Made by a program: the position numbers and the translations under genes
In this document: piece after piece, positions 1 to 11,919 of the stretch
How the letters are laid out: every line of letters starts with the position of its first letter
How positions within the stretch are numbered: the first letter of the stretch is position 1
Notes under the pieces: model-generated
What the model was told of the DNA's origin: nothing
Database searches by the model: none
What the model saw: only the letters and a program-made list of their open reading frames with translations
Source: Heptranchias perlo
Lineage: Eukaryota
Assembly: GCF_035084215.1 (NCBI RefSeq)
Contig: NW_027139666.1
Span: forward strand, 2,170,001-2,234,000
Reading direction: 5' to 3'
Length of the DNA: 64,000 nucleotides

Positions 1-300
1 AGGGGCCATAAATATAAGATAGTCACTAATCAATCCAATAGGAAATTCAAGAAAAACTTCTTTACCCAGAGAGTGGTGAGAATGTGGAATTCACTACCCC
101 GAGGAGTAGTTGGGGCGAATAGCATAGATATATTTAAGGGGAAGTTAGATAAACACATGCAGGAGAATGGAATAGACCAATATTTTGATGGGGTTTGGTG
201 AAGTAGGGTGGGAGGGGTCTCGTGTGGGGTATAAATACCAGCATGGGCCAGTTCGACCGAATGGCCTGTTTCTGTGCTGCACAATCCAAATAATTCTATG
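1..300 (+). mobile_element. CR1 LINE 3' end fragment
   Basis: Reads RGHKYKI..KKNFFTQRVVRMWNSLP (CR1 ORF2 C-terminus), followed by a CR1-type 3' UTR ending attctatg. Confidence 0.85.
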
Positions 301-310
301 TAATACTCAC

Positions 311-339
311 GTTGTGGCCTGAGCGAGAAGCTACGGCAT
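311..339 (-). CDS. Putative first cytoplasmic exon of Ig-like receptor, (N)AVASRSGHN
   Basis: Strong acceptor ttcttttttccccttgtag and donor gtgagt; starts in phase 1, compatible with the TM exon. Confidence 0.5.
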
Positions 340-727
340 CTACAAGGGGAAAAAAGAATCGTGTTTAGCTCCAGATGTCATTTAATTGTTGGTTGTTGTC
401 GGAGTTTTGTTTTCCTGTCTTCTGTGCAGTAAGGAAGAGCTGTGACGAGCGCCTGAATAAGATTAGGGGGGTAGAAATTTGTCTCAGGCTGAAGCGCAAA
501 TCAGGCGGTGTCACATTTGCTGCCTGTTATATGCTCCACCCGATATCAAGTTCCAATCAATGCCAGGTCAACAAGATCGGTATAATAAGTGTGGAATCCA
601 CCAAAACTGGGAAGTGTCACATGAGACATTAAAGTATCTTGGGGAGATCTCCCCCTTAATTATCTTTCAGGAAACGTTCAATTTTTGCATTATTTGATCA
701 TCAGGGGAAATCTAAGCCGTCACTTAC

Positions 728-835
728 TTTTCTTATGGAGGGAGAACCAGGCGAGTCCTAGGAGCAGGATGACTGTTATCACTGCGGCACATCCGGCCCC
801 TATCTTGACCCGCCAGCCTTGAGAGAGTCGGGATA
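728..835 (-). CDS. Transmembrane exon of Ig-like receptor, (V)SRLSQGWRVKIGAGCAAVITVILLLGLAWFSLHKK; acceptor mutated
   Basis: 108 bp, phase 1-1, 22-aa hydrophobic run then HKK stop-transfer; donor A|gtaagt; the polypyrimidine tract ends ttttttAA instead of AG. Confidence 0.75.
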
Positions 836-1249
836 TTAAAAAAGACAAAGAAATAATAATTTGCAAAACGGAGAAACTCTACACAACGGGGTAAAAAATT
901 GTTTTTAGGCATTGTCGCAAAACGGGTGGTGGTTTCACAGCCGCCACCCAGTTTACGACCGTCCAGATAGAATTGAATATCTGGTTAGGCCTGTAACAGA
1001 CGGCCGTTGCGTTAACGCCCGTTTTGCACCACTGCCCACAACGGAGTTCCACTCCAATCTTTGCTATTCCTACCCGGTCGAAATCCTGCAGTGCCATGAC
1101 ACAGCTGGCTGACAGTTCCAAACATTAATACTGACGCAGATGCAGACCCCCATCTGGAATATCTGTAGGTACCTGCATCTATATGTACCCCATTTGTAGT
1201 TTTCATTACCTACTACTTTGTACTGCAAACAGAATCTGACCCTATTTTA

Positions 1250-1652
1250 GGAACTAGAAACGAGGGACATAGAGACACTAAGAACTGTGGAGGAGCAGAG
1301 CAATTTGTGATCAGGCACAAATCACTAAAAGCAAGTGGACAGGTACAACATTAAACAAAAGGGCTAATGGAATATTGGTCTTTATCTCAAAAGGGCTGTT
1401 GCAGCTGTACAGAGGTCTAGTTGGACAACATCCGGAAAACTGTGTTCAGTCCTGGGCACTGCACCTCAGGATGCATACATTGGCCTTGGAGAGGGTGCAA
1501 CGCAGATTCGCCAGAATGATACCGGAGCTTAGAGGGTTAAATTATGAGGACGGGTTGAACAAACTTGGCTTTGAATCGCTTGGTTATAGAAGGTTGAGGC
1601 GTGATCTAATCGAAGTGTTTAAAATGATTAAAGGATTTAATAGGGTACATAC
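1250..1652 (+). mobile_element. CR1 LINE fragment (RT C-terminal part)
   Basis: ORF 1375-1656 LERVQRRFARMIPELRGLNYED..RLRRDLIEVFKMIKG. Confidence 0.85.
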
Positions 1653-3195
1653 TTGAAGAACAACAGAAAATGCTGGAGAAGATCAGCAAGTCAGGCAGCA
1701 TCTGTGGAGAACGAAACAGTTAACGTTTCAGGTCGGAGACCTTGCGGGAGAACAAAAGATGTTGAAAGAGTTAAAGTTTTTTTTAGCAAGTTCAGAGCCA
1801 GGGAAAGGGGGGAGGGAGGGAGGATAGAGGAGGGGAGGGCAGGAAAGAACAAAATGGAAGGTCTATGATCGAGTAGAGGGCACGAGTGATTAAATGTCAA
1901 AAGGGATGATGGTTCAAGGTAAGGAAGGTAGTAATGGGACAGGTTAAGAAAGAAAAGATTGATCAGGAGTAGATGTAAATGGCAGCAGAAGAATCATTAC
2001 CAACAATGGCTGACCGAAAAAATGGGAGCAGTGGTTATGATCTGAAGTTATTGAAATCAATGTTGAGTCCGGAAGGTTGTAAAGTGCCTAATCGAAAGAT
2101 GAGATGCTATTCCTTGAGCTTCCATTGAGCTTCATTGGAACAATGTAAGAGGCCGAGGACGGAGAGGAGAGGGAAGGGGAATTAAAAAACAAGCGACCGG
2201 CAGGTCAGGGTCATGCTTGCAGACAGAGCGGAGATGTTCAGCCAAGCGATCATCCAGTCTGCGTTTGGTCTCCCCAGTGTAGAGGAGACCGCACTGGGAG
2301 CCGCGGATACAGTATACTAAATCGAAAGAATTAAAAGTAAGCCACTTTTTCACCTGGAAGAAGTGTTTGGGGCCGCGGACAGTGGGAAGGAAGGAGGTGA
2401 AGGGGCGCGTGTTTCATCTCCTGTGCTCACACGTGAAGGTGCTGTGGGGAGGAGAGCGGGTGTTGGGAGTAATGGAAGAGTTGACCAGGGTGTCGCAGAG
2501 GGAGCGGCCCCTTCGGAATGCTGAAAAGGGAGGGGAGAGGAAGACGTGTTTGTCGTGGGATCGCGCTGGAGGTGACGGAAATGGCGGAGGATGATCCGTT
2601 GAATGTGAAGGCTGGTGGGGTGGAAGGTGAGGACAAGGGAGACCCTATCATGGTTCTGGGAGGGAAGAGAAGGAGTGAGCGCTGAACTGCGGGAAATAGG
2701 ACGGACATGGTCGAGGACCCTGCCAACTACAGTGGAGGGGAATCCTCGGTTGAGGAAAAAGGAAGACCTATCGGAAGCACTGTTGCGGGAGGTGGCATCA
2801 TCAGAACAGATGTGATGGAGGTGGAGAAACTGGGAAAAGGGAATAGAGTCCGTACAGGAAGAGGAGCGGGAGGAAGTGTAATCAAGGTAAGTTGTGGGAT
2901 TTAGTCGTCTTATAGTAGATATTGGTTGACAGCCAAACCCCCAGAAATGGAGGTAGAAAAGTCTAGGAAGGGAAGAGAAGGGTTTGAGATGGACCATGTG
3001 AAGGCGAAGGAAGGGTGGAAATTGGAAGCAAAGTTGGTGACATTTTCTAGTTAGGGGCGAGAGCAGGAAATGACAACGATACAGTCATCAATGTACCGGA
3101 AAAAGAGGTGAGGGGAGGGACTTGAGCAGGAATGGAACAAGGAATTTTACACGTATTCCACAAAAAGGCAGGCAGAGCTTGGACCCATACAGGTT
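1653..3195 (-). mobile_element. Penelope-like retroelement, degenerate (RT C-terminus + GIY-YIG endonuclease + terminal repeat)
   Basis: YLDYTSS..SIPFSQFL..ICSD (2350-2997) and VYCIR..CGLLYTGETKRRLDDRLAEHLRSV GIY-YIG (2132-2353); typical terminal motif near 1660-1745. Confidence 0.85.
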
Positions 3196-3650
3196 CTCAC
3201 AAATACCTGAAGGGAAAAAATTGCAAGGCTATGGGGTAAGAGCGGGGGAATGGGACTAACTCGATTGCTCTTACAAAGAGCTGGCAAGGGCTCGATGGGC
3301 TGAATGGCCTCCTTCGGTGCTGTAACCATTCTATGATGCAATACAGTTCCTCTGCTGGGGGAGTCCAGAACAAGGGGGCAACACCTTATAATTACATCTG
3401 GGCCGTTCAGCGGCAATATCAGTAAACGCGTCTTCACACAAATGGGAGTGGAAATCTGGCACTCTCCCCCAAAAGGCCGTAGAAGCTGGGGGTCAAATGG
3501 AGGTTCAAAACTGAGATTAATAGATTTTTATTGGATAAGGGTATCAAAGAATGTGGAGCAAAGGCGGGTAAATGGAGTTGAGGTGCATATCAGCCACGAT
3601 CTGAATGGCAGAGCAGACTCGAGGAGCTGACTGGCCTGGTCCTGTTCCTC
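3196..3650 (+). mobile_element. Two CR1 3' end fragments
   Basis: CR1 3' UTR with attctatgat tail near 3330; GESRTRG..FTQ..VEIW motif at 3355-3470. Confidence 0.75.
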
Positions 3651-4014
3651 TGTGGTTGTAACACTTGAATTACTGTGCGATTTCATACTGATTAGAAATT
3701 AACTTGTAACGGCTGGCTAGTAAGTTTTAACATGCTGGTTATATATGGAAATTTTACGTGCTGTGGTCTCTGATTTAGAACGTTGAGGGTTCCAGGCATC
3801 GCACCAGGGAGTTGAGCACTTGCTCTTTTAAATTTATGCGATAGTATAAAACGGGCAATGTTTAAATGGCTACTCGAAATAGCTCTAACTCAGAACATTT
3901 GCAAGAGATTCTTATGCCAGAGCTCGCCATCTTTCAGTAACAGACGCTGATCGAATTGTACACTGACCTCAGGACAATAAATGAATTACACTTCACCATT
4001 TCAAAATTTACTAT

Positions 4015-4545
4015 TCCATTGCTCTCCTGGCCGGACTCCCACCTTGCACCCACCATTAACTTGAGCTCATCCAAAACTCTGCTGCCCCGTATCACCCCCT
4101 GTGCTCGCTGACCTACGTTGGCCCCCGATCCGGCAATCCCTCGATTTTAAAATTCTTATTCTGGTTTTCAATTCCCTCCATGGCCTCACCCCATCCCTAT
4201 CTCTGTAACCTCCTCCAGCTCAATGACCTTCCATGATCTCTGCGCTCCTTCAATTCTGGCCTCTTGCACATCGCCGATTTCCTTCGCCCCACCATTGGCG
4301 GCCACGCCTTCCGCTGCCTAGGCCGTAAGCTCTGGAATTGCCAACCTAAACCTTTCTGTCTCTGTACCGCTCTCTCCTTCTTTGAGACGCTCTTAAAACC
4401 TACCCCTTTGACCCAGCTTTTGGTTACCCGTCCTAATATCTCCTTATGAGGTTCGGTGTCAAATGTTGCCTGAAAAGACACCTGTGAAGCGCTTCGGGAC
4501 GTTTTACTACGTTAAGGTGCTGCATAAATGCAGGTTGCTGTTGTT
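4015..4545 (+). mobile_element. L2-clade (HER1-like) LINE 3' end
   Basis: LELIQNSAA, TIGGHAF..LWN motifs; tail cctgtgaagcgc..ttttactacgtt..ataaatgcaggttgctgttg. Confidence 0.75.
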
Positions 4546-4652
4546 TAGATTCTCCATCAACTTCTCACCAGTGTCAACGAGCGCCGAAACCCCCGCATAC
4601 AGAATCGCGGTTGTTGCGTGAATACACACATGACCGTTGGTTATTTCTACTC

Positions 4653-4671
4653 TGACCACCAGAGGGCGGTG
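4653..4671 (+). promoter_or_regulatory. CTCF-like motif
   Basis: TGACCACCAGAGGGCGGT closely matches the CTCF core CCASYAGRKGGCR. Confidence 0.45.
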
Positions 4672-4780
4672 CAGGTCGCGTCAGGTTCGCAGCAATAATG
4701 CAAAACTCCCTCTCTCACAGATCCTCAGACTACCTCCCACCTTCAGAGAATGGGATTGTGGAGATGTGACATGGATGTAC

Positions 4781-4831
4781 CTTTTCTCCAGCTTTGATTC
4801 TTCGGTGTGGGCGGTTTCACAACAGGAATTT
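4781..4831 (-). CDS. Stalk exon of Ig-like receptor, (E)IPVVKPPTPKNQSWRK
   Basis: 51 bp, phase 1-1, acceptor ttttgccatttcag, donor AAG|gtacat; Pro/Thr-rich; lies between the last Ig exon and the TM exon. Confidence 0.65.
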
Positions 4832-4854
4832 CTGAAATGGCAAAACATAATAAC

Positions 4855-5240
4855 GTGAGGCCCTTCAAAATTTTATGCACTTCAATTATATCTCCCCTCA
4901 GCCTCCTCTATTCCAAAGAAAATGACCCCAACCGATCCAATCTTTCCTCACAGCTGAAATATTGTCCTTTAAAAGAGCTATCCAATTAGTCTCACTGCAC
5001 TGCTCTTTCCACACAGCCCTACAAATGTTGTCCTTTTCAAGTATTTATTCAATTTTCCCCTTTTGAAAGTTATTATTGAATCTGCTTCCACCACCCTTCC
5101 AGGCAGTGTATTCCAGATGATAACAACTGGCTGCATAAAAACAATTCTCCTCATCTCCTCCTCTGGCTCTTTTGCAAGTTATCGTAAATCTGTGTTCTCT
5201 GGCTACTGACCCTCCCACTGGTGGAAAGAGTTTCTCCCTG
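4855..5240 (-). mobile_element. CR1 fragment
   Basis: Reverse complement gives the CR1 ORF2 end (VVIIWNTLPGRVVEADS). Confidence 0.7.
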
Positions 5241-5336
5241 TTTATTCCATCAAAGTCCTTTGAGACGGCCCGAGGTCGTTGAAGATGTGATATAAAAGCA
5301 AGTGCTTTTTTTCAATGTGTTGTAAGTACCACTCAA

Positions 5337-5634
5337 CTTTCACAGTTACCTGCACCAGATCACTGCGCGGTGAGTGATACATTCCCTGCTTTACCCTTCT
5401 CTCATAGCCACAGGTGTAGTTCCTTGTCCCAGCTGTGTCCCTGCTGGTGAAAGTGGCTGACTGCTCAGAGCCGGACACATTCTGTGCCTCCACGTGGTTG
5501 CGCTCGCCATCTCTGTATAAGTGAAAGCTGCCCCCGGAGGAGTGAAGGACCCCTGTGCAGGGAAATCCAACGAACTCTCTTTACTGACCACACCGAAGCA
5601 GGATTGACAGAAATGTTCGATTTCGAGAGTGTAG
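5337..5634 (-). pseudogene. Degenerate Ig exon D3 of the receptor
   Basis: TLSKSNISVNPAS/GVVSK/REFVGFPCTGVLHSSGGSFHLYRDG..SATF..YTCGY..SPRSDLVQVTVK spread over three frames; 298 bp versus 300 for D2; donor is TTGAGT rather than GTGAGT. Confidence 0.8.
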
Positions 5635-6569
5635 CTGCAATTGACCAGATGCAGTGTACAGGAGTGGTTTACAAGAGACAGAAAATTCCTGGGCGCCAAA
5701 ACTTTGGACGGGGCATAGAACAGGCGGCTGATCTTGCGTTATCCCAAGACAAATTTCTACCCCTTTGCCCATTATTACCGCTGCAGTTGGTTAACAAAAA
5801 TCGATGGAGGGGGCAGAGCGGCTATTTTAACTTTCTGGGGATAGTGCAAAACGGGTGATATCGGATGGGCCGGCCATGGTACACAACTGTCTTGATTTCA
5901 ATTTCCATTGACATCATTTTATAATATCAGCGAAATACGCGATATTATTGGCGGATTATAAGAGAGATCAGAGCTCAGATATGGATCGGCAGTGGGCTGG
6001 TGTCGACACTTGCGAGGTTGTTTATGGTCTGTAGTTTCTGGGCGGGGGGGGGGGGGGTGGTTGTTGAGCTTAGAGATGGAAATTTGGCGGGTGAATTGCA
6101 CACTCTGGGCGGAAATTTCGATAGGTGCCGTTTTTGGGCGCAGGTAGCCTGATGTGCTTTTACCCCGCGCCCAATGGCCCCTGCGCAGGCGGAACACAAG
6201 TTTCGACCCACCTGAGGACTGACCTGCAATCAGAGTTCCTTTCCTGGCCTTGCACGTGGAATCAATGCAATTTGCACTTTCCACCACCAGAGGGAGCTCA
6301 ATCTCTTAAAGGGAGGACGTTTCTAATAAATCTCTTAAAGCTGGCTGGTACCTGTTATTTGCGGAAAATAACATTCTACTGTCTGTTCAGAGTAGGATGA
6401 GAGTTCAGACATCGCACAGGTAAAACACAGATGCAGGTCCCATCCCTATGTTTGCATACTGATGAGATATGTTAAAATGTTGAATAAAGGTTGCATGCCA
6501 CTAAATCCCACATCCTCCAATCTGCACGCCAGACCTCACCAACCTGCTGATCTGAGTTGTTACCAGGCC

Positions 6570-6810
6570 TGCGAGAGTGCATGCACCAAGGTTCTCAGCT
6601 GATGCACTAGAGGCCTTGGCTGCAAGAGGTGGACAGAAGGAGGGACATTCTATAACCTCAGTGTGGGGGGCAAGAGGCTCTCCAGACATATCCTTGAAAG
6701 ACAGGGTTAGCCAACGGGGTAAGAAATCAATGCCAGGCGCAAGAATCATGAACATTGACGCAGCGGAGGAAGAAGTTCAATGCTTTTACATGAGTGGGCA
6801 AGGTGAGTGA
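6570..6810 (+). mobile_element. PIF/Harbinger Myb/SANT-like ORF relic
   Basis: Frameshifted PRFSADALEAL..QEVDRRRDIL..TLTQRRKKFNAFT*VGK|gtgagt, resembling Harbinger Myb-like DNA-binding proteins. Confidence 0.55.
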
Positions 6811-7920
6811 GGTCAACTCTCAATGGCGTCTCCTACCAACTGCACCAGACACTGCACCACATCCCCCACATACCAACAAACTATTTCCATCAGGATACAA
6901 CTCTTCCAATCAGATGCTTCCTCTTACCCTTACACATTACCACTGTTTCAATCCGCCCACCCACAACACACAGGCCACACACACTGGCAGCTATTCAACC
7001 ATGACAGGCACATCATCCATACACACGTCTCGGTTTCTTGCAGGAGAAGGTGGCGCATGTCAAGAGACAGAAAGTGGCTGTGGCATATAGCCCCTCGAGC
7101 CTGTCCCACCATTCAATGAGATAATGGTGGGCATGTGACTTAACTCCATATACCCGGCTTAGCACCATATCCCTTAATACCCTTGGTTCACAGAAATCTA
7201 TCAATCTCAGATTTAACATTTACAAGTGACCGAGCATCAACTGCGTCTGCAGAAGAACGTTCGAAATGTCACTCACGCTTTTTCACATAGAAACATTTCC
7301 TAACTTCACTGCTGCACGTCCTGGCTCTAAATGTCATGCTATGTTCCTGCATCCTAGTATTCAAGTGTAACAGACATCTAAAAACAGTTACCAATGTCTC
7401 AGCAGCCTGAAGCAATAATCCAACCACTAACCTGTAAATTCTGCATGGTCCCTTTAAATGGCGCCGGTGGGCGGCCCTCCAGGTACCATCAGACATGTTC
7501 AGATGGTCGGAGTTGAGTCTTTACGTTGAGCTGAGCGATCAGTCCCAAAATGGTGTCTATCACTTTAAATCACCGTTGCACACTGATTCAAGCCATTTTA
7601 TTCCTACTTTACATGATTCCAGCGTTCGTTATCTGCGCCCGCGCTAACACATGCAACAAAATGGCATCAGGCGCACATCACGCCAGAAACGTGCATACGC
7701 ATCCAAGACGCCATCTTGGATGTCGAAGAGGCCGTGTCGCGCCAAACTACTTTGGAATTTCCTCTTTGCGCTCCATTTAAGGGATCTCACCGGCAGTAAG
7801 GACGAAAATCTACCACAGCGTGCGATTATAATTCACTTCCTCTCATCCTGCCACATTTCATAAGGCGATTTGATTTGCATTTACTCTAGTCCCGCCTCTT
7901 TTAGAATACTTGAAGAACAT

Positions 7921-8285
7921 CAGCCGTGACTCAGTGGGGAGCACTCTCACTTGTCTCTGAGTCAGAAGGTCATGGGTTCAAGTCCCCACTCCAGAGACTT
8001 GAGCCTAAAATCGAGGCTGATACTTGCAGTCCAGTAATGCGGGAGCGCTGCACTGCAGGAGGTGCTGTCTTTCGGATGAGAAGTTAAGCCTCCCAGGTGG
8101 ACATAAAAGATCCCATGGCACTAATAGAAGAAGAGCAGGGGAGATCTCTCCGGTGTCCTCGGTCAATATTTATCCCTCCACCAACATCACTAACAGCAGA
8201 TTATCTGGTGATGACCAAATTGCTGTTTGTGGGACCTTGCTGTGTGAAAATTGAGTGCAGCGTTTCTTACATTACATCAGTGACT
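7921..8285 (+). mobile_element. tRNA-derived Deu-domain SINE (SacSINE1/AmnSINE-like)
   Basis: tRNA-like head (gactcagtgg..gggttcaagtccc) plus Deu core gtctttcggatgag..aaaagatcccatggcact..gaagaagagcagggga. Confidence 0.75.
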
Positions 8286-8492
8286 CTATAAAGAAGAGGC
8301 GGGTTTGGGTCGGACACACGACTGATTTGATGCTCCAATGAAGTTCCCACCGATGGGGTTAGGTTAATATCTGGGCTTCTAAAATCTTTACTGACTGAAG
8401 AATGTCACACTGGGTAGAATATTCAGTTGCAAAGTTTACTTTGCTTGCAAGGCTCAGATATACATTTACATGATGTTGAACCTTTGACTTAC

Positions 8493-8792
8493 CTTTCACA
8501 ATTAAATGCACCGGGTCACTGCGGGGCGAGATATATTCTTTCTCCTTTACCGTTTTGACAAAGTCACAGGTGTAGTCCCCTCCGTCAGTTGGGTCGGGGT
8601 CTGTGATGTTGAAGATGATTGATCGTTCGGAGCCTGAGACTTCCCGTATATCAATGGGATTCTCGTTTCCTTGTCTGTAAAAGCGGGACCTGTCGGCGGA
8701 ATAGCTGGCAGTGCAGTTAATCCGAACCCTCTCTCCCACTGTCACGACACCAGCGGCCGGGTCCATAGAGACTGTGGGCTTTGGCAGTTTAT
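8493..8792 (-). CDS. Ig C2-type exon D2' of LRC-like receptor
   Basis: 300 bp, phase 1-1, AG/GT intact: DKLPKPTVSMDPAAGVVTVGERVRINC..FYRQG..DGGDYTC..SPRSDPVHLIVK. Confidence 0.88.
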
Positions 8793-8869
8793 CTGTAATT
8801 AGTAGAATACATTGAGCAAATAAGAATTGTTTTGAATGTATCAAATCGATCGAGTAAAAAACACATTAG

Positions 8870-9355
8870 CCTAAGAGAGGGTGCAGAGTAGATTTACCAG
8901 AATGATACCAGGGATGATGGACTTCAGTTACGCGGAAAGATTGGGGAAGCTGGGACTGTTCTCCTTAGAGCAGAGAAGGTTGAGGAGAGATTTAATTGAG
9001 TTGTTCAGAATGATGAAGGGTTTTGATAGAATAGATGGGGAGAAACTGTTTCCACGGGCAGGAGGGTCGGTAACCAGAGGGCACAGATTGAAGATAATTG
9101 ACAAAAGAACAAGAGGGCAGATGAGGAGACATTATCTTAGCAGCGAGTTGTTATCTTCTGGAATCCATTTCTAGAAAGGGCGGTGGAAGCAGATTCAATA
9201 ATAACTTTCAAAAGAATATTGATATATACTTGAAATGGTAAAAAAAATGCAGGTTTCCAGCAAAGAGCAGCCGATTGGCAATAATTGGATATCTCCTTCA
9301 AAGAGCTGGCACAGGCATGATGGCTCTAATGGCCTCCTTCTGTGCTGTATGATTC
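8870..9355 (+). mobile_element. CR1 3' fragment (duplicate at ~11995-12460)
   Basis: ORF 8881-9174 FTRMIPGM..LGLFSLEQRRLRRDLIE. Confidence 0.85.
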
Positions 9356-9750
9356 TGTGTAAGGCTCTGTGTTAAGGGAAACGTCTCTCAAATAAATAGT
9401 GATGCAGGCTCTGTGTGAAGAGACACCTCTCGCAGTGAGATACAATGATAAAATCTCTGTGTAAAGGGACATATCTCTCAATAAGATGCTATGATACACT
9501 CTCTGTGTCAAGCGACAACTCTCTCAAGAGGAAAAGCGATACAGGCTCTGTGTGAAGTGATACCTCTCTCAAAAAAGATACAATGATACACTATGTGCGT
9601 GAAGGGACACCTCTCTCAAAGAGGTAAAGCGATACAGGCAATGTGTGAAGAGACATCTCTCCCAGTGAGATACAATGATACACTCTGTGTGTGAAGGGGC
9701 ACCTCTCTCAGTTAGATACAGTGATCCAGACTCTCTCAATGAGATAGAGT
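9356..9750 (+). repeat. ~46-bp minisatellite (also 12460-12905 and 13678-13850)
   Basis: Unit approx. gatacagtgatacaggctctgtgtgaagagacacctctctcaaaga; period 46 measured at 13721/13767. Confidence 0.8.
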
Positions 9751-9921
9751 GATCGAGGATAAGATAAGATTCATTTTGTCAAACACATTTTACACATTCT
9801 CCTGTCAGCTGGAATTCCCCGTGTACAATTACACACATCAGTCGCTGTCGCTACACACTAACAACAGTATTTAGATAAAATTCTTAACTGGCCACAAAGC
9901 TTTTAGGCGAGCCTCCCTTAC

Positions 9922-10068
9922 CTGATAAATTTAACACACGTTGTCACTGGGTGGTGAATATGCCCAGCTGCTGATATTCTCGAAGTATTCTGAGTATTTA
10001 CACCTATAGCTGTTGCTGCCTTTCTGCGTTAACCCTCCAGCATCCTTAGTTATCGCGGTATATTTCAC
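9922..10068 (-). pseudogene. Truncated 3' half of a D1-type Ig exon
   Basis: VKYTAITKDAGGLTQKGSNSYRCKYSEYFENISSWAYSPPSDNV, 1-bp deletion at the Trp codon, donor intact, 5' half missing at the duplication junction. Confidence 0.85.
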
Positions 10069-11047
10069 ACTGGCAGGTTTTCAACCATGACAGTCACATC
10101 ATTCATACACACGTCCGGCTTTCTTGCAGGAGAAGGTGGTGCATATCAAGAGATATCAAGTGGCGGTGGCATTTAGCCCCTCGAGCCTGTTCCACCATTC
10201 AATGAGATCACGGTGGACCTGTGACTTAACTCCATATACCCGCCTTAGCCCCATATCCCTTAATACCCTTGATTCACGGAAATCTATCAATCTCAGATTT
10301 AACATTGACAAGTGAGCTAGCATCAACTGCGTCTGCAGAAGAACGTTCTAAATGTCACCCACCCTTCGCATATAGTAACAATCCCTAACTTCACTCCTCC
10401 ACGTCCTGGCTCTAAATGTTAGGCTATGTTCCTGCATCCTAGTATTCAAGTGTAACAGACATCGAAAACAGTTACCAACGTGTCGGCAGCCAGAAGCAAT
10501 AATCTAAACACTAACCTGTAAATTCTGCATGGTCCCTTTAAATGGCGCCGGTGTGTATGTGTGTGTGTGGGGGGGGGGGGGGGTGGGGGGGGAGCGTGGG
10601 TTCCTCCAGGTACTATTAGACACATTCAGATGATCGAAGTTGAGACTGTGCGTTGAGTTGAGCGATAAGTCCCAAAATGGTGTCTATCACTTGAAATCAC
10701 CGTTGCACACTGATTGAAGCCATTTTATTCCTACTTTACATGATTCCAGCGTTCGTTATCTGCGCCCGCGCTAACTCATGTACCAAAATGGCATCTGGCG
10801 CACGTCACGACGGAAACGTGCATGCGCATCCAAGACGCCATCTTGGATGTCGAAGAGGCCGCGTCGCGCCAAACAACTTTGGAATTTCCTCTTTGCGCTC
10901 CATTTAAGGGATTTCACCGGCAGTAAGGACGAAAATCTACCACAGCGTGCGTTTATAATTCAGTTCCTCTCATCCTGCCACATTTCATAAGGCGATTTAA
11001 TTTGCTTTTACTGTCGTCCCGCCTCTTTTAGAATACTTGAAGAACAT

Positions 11048-11410
11048 CAGCTGTGACTCAGTGGGGAGCACTCTCACTAGCCTCTGAGTCAGAAGGTCAT
11101 GGGTTCAAGTCCCAACTCCAGAGAATTGAGCCTATAATCTAGGCTGATACTTGCAGTCCAGTAATGCGGGAGCGCTGAACTGGAGGAGGTGCTGTCTTTC
11201 GGATGAGACGTTAAACCTCCCAGGTGGACATAAAAGATCCCATGGCACTAATAGAAGAAGAGCAGGGGAGATCTCTCCGGTGTCCTCGGTCAATATTTAT
11301 CCCTCCACCAACTTCACTAACAGCAGATTATCTGGTGATGACCAAATTGCTGCTTGTGGGACCTTGCTGTGTGCAAATTGGCTGCAGTGTTTCTTACATT
11401 ACGTTATTGA
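11048..11410 (+). mobile_element. Deu-domain SINE, duplicate copy
   Basis: Near-identical to 7921-8285. Confidence 0.75.
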
Positions 11411-11619
11411 CTATACACAGAAGAGGCGGGTTCGGGTCGGACACACGCCTCATTTGATGCTCCAATGAAGTTCCCACCGATGGAGTTAGGTTAAAATCTG
11501 GGCTTCTAAAATCTTTACTGACTGAAGAATGTCACACTGGGTAGAATATTCAGTTACAAAGTTTACTTTGCTTGCAAGGCTCACATATACATTTACATGA
11601 TGTTAAACCTATGACTCAC

Positions 11620-11919
11620 CTTTCACAGTTAAATGCACCGGGTCACTGCGGGGCGAGATATATTCTTTCTCCTTTACCGTTTTCACAAAGTCACAGATGT
11701 AGGCTCCTCCGTCAGTTGGGTCGGGGTCTGTGATGTTGAAGATGATTGATCGTTCAGAGCCTGAGACATCCCGTGTATCAATGGGATTCGTGTCACCTTG
11801 TCTGTACAAGCGGGACCTGTCGGCGGAATAGTTGGCAGTGCAGTTAATCCGAACCCTCTCCCCCACTGTCACGACACCAGCGGCCGGATCCATAGAGACT
11901 GTGGGCTTTGGCAGTTTAT
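11620..11919 (-). CDS. Ig C2-type exon D2 of LRC-like receptor
   Basis: 300 bp, phase 1-1, attacag acceptor and gtgagt donor; 9 aa differences from D2'. Confidence 0.88.

Noticed and set aside
383-452. Possible extra cytoplasmic exon (S)ARHSSSLLHRRQENKTPTTTNN
   Set aside because: Acceptor plausible but there is no GT donor before the stop, and the next intron would be very short; cannot be supported
1012-1206. DAGTYRY / GTYRCRY Ig F-strand-like motifs on the minus strand
   Set aside because: No B-strand Cys, no ~300-bp exon and no matching splice sites; likely chance
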